Shown here in pieces: positions 24,641 to 35,756 of a stretch of 64,000 bases of DNA. The notes below the pieces were generated by a model. It saw only the letters and a program-made list of their open reading frames with translations. It ran no database searches and was not told the DNA's origin. Source of the stretch: Selaginella moellendorffii (Eukaryota; Plantae; Lycopodiophyta); NCBI RefSeq assembly GCF_000143415.4, contig NW_003314269.1:1743544-1807543 (forward strand), given 5' to 3'. The position numbers and the translations under genes are program-made. Every line of letters begins with the position of its first letter. The stretch's first letter is position 1.

Positions 24641-26503
24641 GCTGCCCCAAAGAATATGCCAATTGAATTTTAGCTACAAGAGTTAAAGATTGGGGTGGGG
24701 GGGTTGTGGATCCTTAACTTTTCAATGTGATATCCTAAATTTAAGTTAACCACCTTAAAAAATAATTAAGTGCAAATCAGGATTTTTCTAGTGAAAATAA
24801 CTTAAATTTAAGTTAAGACACTTGTGTGAGACACAAATCCCTAAGCCCCAAAGTGGAGCTGAAAGGGTGCCACGTGATAGTGGCCGAAGCAAAAGCCAAA
24901 CGAGTGTAACACGTTTGGACGAAAAGGCTCCGACTTGAAAAGTTGAGAGTGGGAGTGGAACTCCCAATGGAGTGCTCAAGGAACGAGTATGAAGCAAGCA
25001 ATAAGCAAGGCTCCAAAAAGGAACCCAAAAACAACCAACACATGACACGTGAAAGTGTCCGAGGTGGAGTTCGAGATGGACCCGAGTTGGAGTCCAAGGT
25101 GGAGTCCGAGATGGAGTCCGAGATGGACCCGAGTTTGAGTCTGAGGTGGAGTCTGAGATAGAGTCCGAGATGGACTGAGATGGAGTTCGAGATGGACCCG
25201 AGTTGGAGTCCGAGGTGGAGTCCGACATGGAGTCCGAGATGGACCGAGATGGAATCTGAGATGGAGTCCGAGAAGGACCCAAGATGGAGTCCGAGGTTGA
25301 GACCGAGGTCAAGACCGAGACCGGGACTGAGACCGGGACCAAGACCGAGACCGAGACCGAGACCGAGACCGGGACCGGGACCGAGACCAGGACCGAGACC
25401 CAGACCGAGCCCGAGTCCGAGTTTGAGTCCGAGTCTGAGTCCGAGTCCAAGTCCGAGTCCGAGTCCGAGTCCGAGTCCGAGTCCGAGTCCGAGTTCAAGT
25501 CTGAGAGGGTGAAAGCCCAAAGCATTCGTCTCCCAGACCCTGGGGGGTTTGGTGAGCTCCAAAAGTATAGTAGGGGGAGGACTGCAGTGGAGCCAGTTTG
25601 GCCAGGAAAGGCTAGTTTGGCCCAAAGAGGCTGCACCCAGTGTTGGGTGATGAGTTGACCACTGGGAAGTCCAAAACTAGAGTGAACACGGACCGACAAT
25701 CGAGGTAGCTTGGTGAAGTGTTCAAGAGCCGGCTCTAGTTTCCCCGGGAGATCATCTGGCCAATGCTCCCAGTCCAAGTGTGGGTGGCACTACCTACTTG
25801 GATACCTGGTGTGGCTCAATGGAACCTCGCTCTAAGCCCATGGCTAGAGCACCTAAAGGTGGAAGGCAGGGAGAGTACCCACGAGGCCCGCGTAGGGCCA
25901 CGGTGTTCCGAAATGTCGTCCCAAAGTCCCAGACTGTGGAAAGGAAGAGGAATAGCCCTCTGGTGTGGTGACCAAGGACACAGTCACACAGGGAGGAAGT
26001 CCTAGAGGACAGTGGGACTTAGTGGTCGGGCCCATGGGCCTTGATCCAGTGGCAGTGTTGGCGAACACGGCCAAGGACGGAAAGGGACTTGGTGGGGACT
26101 GGAATTGAGATATTGGGGAAGGTTAATCCCCATGCCTGCGGGCATCCTAAGGATGCTAAGGAGTGGATCTGGGATGATCACTCATGGATGGATGGCCTAT
26201 TCTTTGAGTGACAGGACTGGGATGCAAGTGGTGTCAGACCACCGATGTGACCAAGGCGAATAGGCATGGCCTTAGCATAACGGGCTAATATGATGGTGGT
26301 ACCTTGGGGTGTCGGTCATGGGATCAGACACGTGGAACACTTGGACCAAGTGCAAAGGTGGAATGGCGGGGATGCCATTCTTGGGGCTAGTAAGCCCAAG
26401 TCCAAAATAGGACTTATGGAGGTTGTGAGTGAGACTCCTCCAAGTGGTCGGAGGTGTGGTTAAGTGACTAAAGTAGAATGGAAAAATTTAGTCGCTTACA
26501 ATT

Positions 26504-26515
26504 TGGTATCGGAGC
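26504..26515 (+). promoter_or_regulatory. Primer-binding site (initiator tRNA-Met type) of element A
   Basis: TGGTATCGGAGC just after the LTR end ...TTACA. One base differs from the usual TGGTATCAGAGC. Confidence 0.85.
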
Positions 26516-29500
26516 TGTTCCTTAGTCCGACTTTTATTGGTGTTGAAGTATATCACCACTAGTGTTGGCATCGGAAGGTCCTAGGAGTGGGCTTGTCCTT
26601 GAGGAGTAGCAAGTCGGGAAGACATAGCTCTCCACTACAGTTCACGTGTGAACTTGTAGGCAAGGTGGTGGATAGAAAAGGGCCAATGATGGAACGACTT
26701 TGGGATCTTGGGAACAGTGCAAGGTTTTCCTCATTGAGTTGAGGATGTGATCTAGATGAGCGTTTGACTCAGTAAACTGGCTAATGTAGTTGTGGTAAAC
26801 AACTATAGTTAGGATCACAGGGAAGATAGAGACTCCAAAACGATAAAGGAGTCACAAGATTACCCTCATGAAGTTGAGACTGGTGCTTATGAATTTGAGA
26901 CCAGAAGTAATGACCGCGGGAGGTTAAATACTGAAAAGGACACAAATCCTTGAAATGGTAGCCGAAGCTACCTCTAATAAATGCTGGAACAACCCAAAGA
27001 GTTGGGGGTGTATTTAGAAGATGAGTTGGTATTCTCATCACATGGACAAATGGTCCTAAGGGGCAAAAGGTTGCCCCTAGAGAACAAATCAAGTGTCGGA
27101 GTAACACTTGCAAAAAATGGTCCTTGTGAGTAGGACATGAATACAAGGAGTTGTATTCCAGTGAGTTAGCACCTCAAAAGTAGGACTTCATAGGTCGTCA
27201 GATTAACAAAGTCCAAAAGGTTGAATGACTCCAATAGAGTCAAGGAATAATCCTAAGGGCTTGAGGAAAGCATTTGGACTGAGGTGTGTGGTGCCTCACA
27301 AAAGATGGGGAGGATTTTGAGATCCAAGCATGAGAGTAGTATGTATCTCATTAATGGCAGAAGGTGCCATGCTAAAGTCGTAGGAAAGAGTTTCCCGGAA
27401 GAAAACAACTTTGACACAAAATTGTGCATAAACTCTATGGTGCAGTGCTAATGGATAATTAGCCTAAGAGACAACCATATTGGTCTTGGCAAAAAGACCT
27501 AAACACAAATAAGTGTCCTAAAGGTAGGCTCGTGGAGCCGATGGTGTGGAGACACCGAAGGTGCCAAGGCGTGTTGCCTTGAGGTCAAGTTAGTGGGTTC
27601 ATGAGAACCCCTTCCAAAGAAATCCCAATGGAAATGGGAATAACATAGCCTAAGCTGGAAGGCATGCAATTAGAGTGTGGTGACCCAGATAATGATGGAA
27701 GTGTGGAAGCACCAACAATGAGTTGTAGGACTTGACAACTATGAGGCATCTAAGCAAAGGGTGCAAAACAATTCATAAACTGGTAGAAGGCAACTACCTA
27801 AGACTTCTTATTGGGATAAGGAAGTTCAATATACCCTTATAAAGGATAAATTGCTTATGTTGTGACATAGTAAGTCAATGTTAAAAAGGGAATGCTCATT
27901 GTCAGAGAGGCCATCATTAGGACACCCAAACACTCTAGAACACCAGAAGGGGGTATTTGGTGTCACGAGGGCAATGGATAATGCCCAAGGGACAAAGTCC
28001 CTAGTGAATGAAGGATAGGAGGTGTTATCCAAATGTCCAAGGTTGTGGAGACAGGAGAAGTCCATCTACCCAAATTGAACAAAGCGAAAGAGGGATTTTA
28101 GCAAGGCTAGTGATGGACATATAAAGGCCCATAAGTAGCAACGGTGATCCTAGTGTGTGGAATTATAAGGTGAGCAAACCCGGATTGAGGAACCACTCCC
28201 TAGGCTGTCGGGTAGGTTCATCTCTATGAATACTTGCCAAGGCATGGTAGAAAGTGCAAAGCTATCTTCCTAATCTGGAGGAGAATAACCGAAGGAAATG
28301 TATGAGGCCAAAAGGCAAGTAGTATAGGGATAGAATTGAACCATAGGAATTGACAAGCATGACTAAGGGTGGTTATGCAAGTTGAGAGTGGAGAATCAAG
28401 TGGGTGCTCAAGCATGTTGTTACTAACGACCAGGATGCCATGAAGAGTCTAAAGCATGGGATTGTCCATGTTAGAATATATGGTAATTGGCAAACTTGCG
28501 AAAGGAGAGGCTTTAGCAAGCCAAGGAACAGAGTTCCTTGAACGTTCCCCTAGGTAGATAAGTACCTAGTCAGCCAAGTGTAAATAGTTCATAGAACGCG
28601 TGAAATCAGAGTGGCGCAGCAGAAACGTGGTCTTGAAGCTTGCTATGAGGCGAGGCTATCAAGATTGGGGAAGTAGTTCCCGAGTGTTCAAATAAAGGGT
28701 TTTGAATGAAAGTTGATGGTTAAGGATTTTCACGTTTATGCATGAACCATGTTACAGTGGCCGAAAGATTTGCTAAGTGAGATTGGCAAGTCGGGGGGAA
28801 CGAATCCCCTAGTTGAAGGTGCTAACTTCAAAAGGGGTGGCCTAGCACCAAGCTATGCTCACCATGCAATAGGAGCAAAAGACTAGTGGCTAAGTGTGGG
28901 CTATAGAGTGCATTGGAAGGAATCCAAATGGCAAAGTTAGGCATGGAACACTAGTGTGTTGGATGCTAATAGATTGTGAGAAAGGAAGTGTGCTTCCAAT
29001 GATGAATTCCCAAATACTCCAAGTTGGCCAAGGTGAAAGCTCCAAAGGAGGGAGTGGCGAAGTAGCCAAAGGATAGAGCCATGGATAGCTCTAGCACAAC
29101 TTACGATGGCTGGAACTTGGTGCCAAAAGTGGCATAAAATAGAAAGGAGGACGATGGCGCCCTCAAGTGGGGAGTTTCTTAGGATGGGAAGTGAAGTTGC
29201 ACAATATGTGTAGTGAAGGGTGTCAAAGACACCAAAGAAATTGACTTTGAGAAGTCAAAATTAAAAAGTTCTAAGGTGAATTGGTTATGTCAATAGAAGT
29301 TGGGACTACTCGAAAATGAATAATGGAATTGAGTTAGAGAAAGTGTCTCTAACGGGTTTAGCGAGAACTAAACCAATAAAAGGGAGCAAACCACCCCAAA
29401 TGGCCGAATGAGTCTCTATGTTGGAGAGATTATGCCCCTTAGAGGATGGATAAGGCATGGTGAGCCTTCGGGGTCAAGCCATAGACAAATATTGGTTGGG

Positions 29501-31309
29501 TGCCAAGGATGGAAATGGTAATACTTGCAGATGTTACTTTATAAAAGGGTTTACTGTTCAATGAGGACATCGAACTTTGTCTATGGGTGGTGGAGTTGTA
29601 AGACACAAATCCCTAAGCCCCAAAGTGGAACTGAAAGGGTGCCACGTGGTAGTGGCCGAAGCAAAAGCCAAACGAGCGTAACACGTTTGGACTAAAAGGC
29701 TCCAACTTGAAAGGTTGAGAGCGGGAGTGGAACTCCCAATGGAGTGCTCAAGGAACGAGCATGAAGCAAGCAATAAGCGAGGCTCCAAAAAGGGACCCAA
29801 AAAGGACCAACATATGACATGTGGAAGTGTCCAAGGTGGAGTCCAAGATGGACCCGAGTTGGAGTCCGAGGTGGAGTCCGAGATGGACCCGAGTTGAAGT
29901 CCGAGGTGGAGTCCGAGATGGAGTCCGAGATGGACCGAGATGGAGTCCAAGATGGACCGAGATGGAGTCCGAGATGGACCCAAGATGGAGTCTGAGATGG
30001 AGTCCGAGATGGACCGAGACAGAGTCTGAGATGGAGTCCGAGATGGACCCGAGATGGAATCTGAGATGGAGTCCGAGAAGGACCCAAGATGGAGTCCGAG
30101 GTCGAGACTGAGACTGGGACCGGGACCGAGACTGAGACCGAGACCGGGACCGAGACCGATGTAAGGAACCAACTCGCCGAGGTGTCGTAGGTTAAGGGAA
30201 CCCCGAAAGCATGACCAAAATGACAAAGAGTTCATCGGATGGGACCAAGTCAAAGATCGAGTCCAAGACCGACTCTAGGACCGAGTTCGAGATAGAGTCC
30301 GGAATCGAGTCCAAGATCGACTCGAGGACCGAGTTCGAGTCCGAGTTCGAGACCGAGTTCGAGACGGAGTCCGAGATCCGAAATCGGGTCCGAGACCGAG
30401 TCCGAAGTCGAGTCTGAGGTCGGGCCCGAGATCGGGTCCGAGATCGAGTCCGCGATCGAGTCCGAGACCGAATCTGAAGTCGGATCCGAAATCGGATCCG
30501 AGATCGAGCCAGAGACTAAGTCCAAATACTAATACGGGTCAAGGGGTGAAAGCCCAAAGCGTGCGTCCCCCAGGGGGGGGGGCTGCAGGGGGTTCCAAAA
30601 GTATAGTAGGGATAGTGAGGTCCAGGAACCAGTTTTGAAGGGACTCTCCAGTTGGGCTTCCAAACCGACTTGAGGTTGGGACTGGGACTAAGGGGCCTTG
30701 GGTGGGAGTGAGCATGGACTTGGCTGGTGCCGGAGGGGCCATCCAAGGAAATGCTCAAGAGCAGCTCCCACTCTCGAAAGGGAAACCGATTGCGGTGCTC
30801 CCGGCTCATGTGGAGTGGTGCCCCACTTGAGTACCATGCGGCTCATTGGTCCTCGCCCTTCCTAGGGGCTTGGGCCTTCCTTCGGGATGGAAGTGGGGGG
30901 CGAGAGGTACCCATACCGGGCCGTTAGGCCACGGTGTTTCGCCCCGGCGTCCCGAAGCAAGTGTTGCACTCAAGACTTGGGATTTAGAGGGTCCCATGAT
31001 CAAGTCTTGTGGTACCAAGGGATGTTAGGAACCTGGAAGCTTGGTGTGCTTGGCTGCTTGTGCTTGCGGGGAGTGTAGCCGAACCTTAAGTCCAGTCTAA
31101 CCCGGGGAGGGGGATTGGGAGTGATTTGGGAATCCGTGGAAGGATGGCTAACACTCCGTTGCTCGTGCAGTGAGTAGCTGAAACTAAGTAGGAGCTGGTA
31201 CCATAGGCGAGAACCTTGGCAAGGGAACTTAGCAAAAGCCAAGGCAGTGTTGGACGGATAGACGAGGTAAGCTGGCAAATTGGAAAGGAAAAATTTGTGG
31301 CTTACAATT

Positions 31310-31321
31310 TGGTATCGGAGC
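31310..31321 (+). promoter_or_regulatory. Primer-binding site (initiator tRNA-Met type) of element B
   Basis: TGGTATCGGAGC, identical to A's PBS. Confidence 0.88.
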
Positions 31322-34300
31322 CTTTATCTCAGTTCTAGCGAAGGATAGAGGCGGATTGCTGGGAGATGGCAAGGGCAGGGCGTAAGCGAACCCAGGCGGA
31401 GACGGAACCTCCGCCGGAGCTAGAGCCTCCGGTTGAACAAGAGGCTATGGATGAGGAATCCTTGCATGAGGAGGACTCCAGTGAGGAAACTTCCAAACAG
31501 GAGTCCGGTGGCGAGGTTCGGTCGTCCAAGGCTCGATTGGACGTGCTAGAAGGACAGTTGGCACAGACCAATGCCCTGCTGGAGACTCTCGTACGCAAGT
31601 TAAAGCGTGACAAGAAGCGGAAGAAAAAGCGAAAGACTGCGGATGCTGGCAGCGCAGAAGGTGCGGACTTTTCGGCAGGGACTGAGGCAAAACCAGACAA
31701 GGTCGAACAGACCGAAGTGGAATCAGTCCCTCAGGCAGTTCCCAAGTACAAACCAAAGCCCCCACCGGTGTTCAAGGGAGTGAACGACTATAAGGTTGTG
31801 GAGGATTGGTTTTACGATATGGAGGACTACTTCCGAGCGTTGCGGTTACCGAGCTCGGAGAAGGTCCCATGTGCAAAACCATACTTGGCAGATAATGCCA
31901 AGTCTTGGTGGAGAACAACGGAGGCCAACGAAGGACCGGTGGCCACCTGGGACATGATGAAGGCAAGGATCCGCGCGACATACGTTCCTCCGAATGCCAC
32001 TCTGCATCTGAGAGATGAGTTGAGTAGGCTGAAGCAGACTGGAACCATCCAGGAATATGTGAATGGGTTCATGGCAAAGAGGATACTTGTCACGGACATG
32101 GGGGATATGGATGCGTTCCATGCCTTTATATCAGGTTTGCAAACCTGGGCTCGCGGTGAGGTGATGCGCTAGAACCCGACCAACTACAAGGAAGCGTTGG
32201 ATGCGGCCATCAAGGTGCATTTCAACGATAACCTGCGAAAGGGGAACACGACGGGGTCGGGATCCACGTTTCACAAAGGGGCCAAACCGAGGGGAACATA
32301 TAGCAAGGGGAAATTCAAGAAGAGTTTCTCTAAGAATGAGTCCTCGGGGTTCCGGAAAGGCAAAGCCGGTGGCCAGCGAGCGAGTACGTGGGGAAGTCAA
32401 GCGAAAAAAGACAAACCCACGGATAAGAAGGTCAAGTCGTATAGCAGCGTGGGCAACAACGTATGCTACAACTGCGGCGAAGCGGGACACTTCTCGAGGG
32501 AATGTCCCTACCCGAAGAAGGCCAGAGCCAATATGGCCATCAAGTCGGGTGAAGTCCAAACTGAGGTATGTGATCCAGTCCCTAACTCAAAGTTACTCAT
32601 TACACGAACAACTTTGGTAGAGAGTCGTTCGCGACATCTACTAGCCCTCCGAGGGAAGCTCGGAGGTAGCTTTGTTAAGATCCTTATTGACACGGGTGCT
32701 TCGGATAATTTTGTAGCTGCAGACATAGTCCGGCAAGCCGGACTAACGGTGCAGCGGCTAGGCGAACCAAGGACTATAGAGTTTGTTCAGGGTAGCCAAA
32801 GCACCGATGAGATACTTCGACAAGTGAGAGTCGAAGTGGGGACATGGAAAGTGGACATGGATTTCACCGTCTTGGACATGGCGGGATTTGACGTGATCTT
32901 CGGAATGGATTGGTTTAATCGGTTCGTGGTAGCCCTGCATGGACAAGGTAGGAACCTTGTGGTATTGGCGAATGCCCAAGGAAGAAGATCTAGGGTGGAG
33001 GCCCAGGATCTAAAGGTAGGGCAAAGCAAGGCCAAAGAGTCATGCTTAAACCTGGTGTCCACGAGAGGACAACTCACTAAAGGAACTAAGGCAGCCTTTT
33101 TGTGCTTACTCTCGGTGAAGAGTGACAAAAAGACAAGAACGGAAGAAGTACCTTTAGTGATCCAGCAGGTGCTGGACCAATTCTAGGATACCATGCCAGA
33201 GGAGCTACCGGCGGGGTTGCCCCCCGCACGACCGATAGAACATAAGATTGAGCTGGTCGAGGGTGCTGAGGCGGTGGTTCGTCCACCCTATCGATTGAAC
33301 GAAAAAGAACTCAAGGAGCTCAAGAGCCAACTAGAGGAGTTGGTGGACAAAGGGTATGTTAGGTTGAGCAAGTCGCCGTATGGGGCGCCGGTGCTATTTG
33401 TGAAAAAGAAAGACGGATCTATGCGCATGTGCATAGACTACCGGTTGCTCAACAAGTATACCAAGAAGAACAAGTACCCTTTGCCAAGGATCGAGGACCT
33501 GTTCGATAGGTTGGGAAAGGCAAAATACTTCTCGAGGATTGACCTAAGGTCAGGATACTACCAGATCAGGGTAGCTGAGGAAGATGTCGAGAAGACAACC
33601 TGTCGAACGAGGTATGGGAGCTTTGAGTTTTTGGTGATGCCCTTTGGGCTGTGCAATGCGCCGGCAACGTTTTCGGCGTTGATGAACCACATCTTTGTAC
33701 CCTATTTAGATCGCTTCGTGGTCGTCTATATTGACGACATCCTGATCTATAGCGAGACGCTAGAGGAGCATGCCGAACACTTGGCGAAGGTGTTTGAGAA
33801 ACTAAGGGAACACAAACTGTATGCTAAAGAGAGCAAATGTAACTTTGCTCAACAAGAGGTAAAGTTTCTCGGGCATGTGGTGGGCCAGGACGGGCTCAAG
33901 GTGGACCCGGAGAAGGTCCAAGCGATCCAGGAATGGGAACGACCATCGAATGTACATGAGTTGAGGGCGTTCCTGGGGCTATGCAACTACTATCGAAAGT
34001 TTATCAGACACTATTCGAGAGTAGCCCTGCCCTTAACGGACCAAACAGGAAAAGGGAAGATGGTATGGACAGCGGAATGCGAGGCGGCATTCGTCCACCT
34101 CAAAGGGAAGTTGAGGAAGGCTCCGGTGTTGGCATTGCCAGACTTTGGTAAGGACTTTGAGGTAGACACGGATGCTTCGGACTTTGCGTTGGGTGCAGTT
34201 TTGAAGCAAGACAACCATCCAGTAGCATTCTTCTCGAAGAAGCTGGACAAGGCTCAACGGAAGTGGCCTGCCCACGAGAAGGAATTGTTTGCGGTGGTCA

Positions 34301-35239
34301 AGGCGCTCAAGGAGTGGCGACACTACCTTGGGAGACACTTCAAGGTTTACACGGACAATGTGGCAACGAAACACTTCTTGTCACAGCCCGACCTAAGGGG
34401 AAAACAAGGTCGGTGGGCCAATGCTTTGGCCGAGTTTGATTGCGAGATCCTGTACAAGCCTGGGAAGAGCAACATCGTGGCAGATGTGCTAAGTCGAAAA
34501 GCGAGCTTGAAGTTGGCGATATCTAGCGCGACAGCAACCTTTTGGGACGATGTGCGGACCGCATACGAGAGTGATGGTCTAGCACAAGAAGTGTTGCTGA
34601 GGAATCTGGAGGCGCGGGAAGCTCACCAGAGAGGTGAGTTGCCAACGGAAGAGAAAACGGGCTATGCGGAACGCAACGGACTCATATATTACAAGCAAAC
34701 GAGGGTGTATGTTCCAGAAGGGGAACTAAGGAAAGTAGCCTTGGAAGAGTGTCATGACGGACCTCTCGCGGGACACGGCGGAGTGCCCAAGACGATGGGC
34801 TTACTCAAAAGGAAGTATCACTGGCCAGATATGGCTAAAGACGTCCAAGACTATGTAAAGACATGTCCAACATGTCAGCAGGTCAAAGCCGTGACGAAGG
34901 CTAGTGGGGGCTTGTTGCAAAGCATCCCCATTCCAGATCGTCCGTGGAAATGTCTCACGATGGACTTCATCACGGGACTACCCCCAAGCGAGGGGTTCGA
35001 TGCGATATTCGTGGTGGTGGACCGATTTTCAAAGATGGCACATTTCATACCCACCACAACGGATGTGGATGCAGAAGGTGTGGCGAAGCTGTTCTTCGAA
35101 CAAGTGGTTCGAGTGCGGGGAAGGTCGGAAGAGATTATCTCAGATCGAGATAAGATCTTCACCAGTAGGTTTTGGAGGACACTCCTAGAACAGTATCGCA
35201 CCAAGTTGAAATTCAGCACGGCCTATCACCCACAGACAG

Positions 35240-35286
35240 GTAATGGGTATTGAGTCAAGATTGATGGCACTAACACTTCTTGACAG
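35240..35286 (+). other. Predicted spliceosomal intron 1 (47 nt) in the integrase core
   Basis: G|GTAATG...CACTAAC(35268-35274)...TTGACAG|AC. Removal restores HPQTDGQTER; unspliced reading stops at 35251-35253. Confidence 0.88.
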
Positions 35287-35704
35287 ACGGACAAACGGAA
35301 AGGGTGAATAGGCAGCTGGAGGATTATTTGCGATGCTATGTCTCGGGAGACCAGACCGACTGGGTAAGTCATTTGGGACTTGCGGAAATGTGTTATAACA
35401 ACTCACCACATTCGAGCATCGGGGTGAGTCCATGGGAAGTCATCAATGGGCGAGCTATTGAAGGTCCTGTGGAACTCGGCGTGGCCGAGTATCATGGAGA
35501 GTTACCCGCAGTGGAGGCATTCACGGCGGAAAGACTCAACATTTGGAATCTAGTGAGGGATTCCTTGGAACGGGCTCAACAAAGGCAAACTAAGTACGCG
35601 AACCAAAAGCGTCGAGATGTGGAGTTCCAAGCTGGGGAGAAGGTGTGGCTGAACACCAAGAACCTCAGGCTACCAAGTGGGATCAGCTGGAAGCTGACCC
35701 AAAG

Positions 35705-35756
35705 GTAAAAATGCATGTATTCCTGTAAATGAATTGATCTTGAGTTCCTTAAGCAG
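35705..35756 (+). other. Predicted spliceosomal intron 2 (52 nt) in the integrase C-terminal GPY/F region
   Basis: AG|GTAAAA...TTAAGCAG|G. Removal restores KLTQRFAGPYEI and puts the chromodomain in frame. Confidence 0.88.

Noticed and set aside
35240-35756. Explaining the integrase breaks as simple frameshift mutations or assembly errors
   Set aside because: Both are inserts of about 50 nt with GT-AG ends whose exact removal restores invariant motifs; random lesions would not do this twice.
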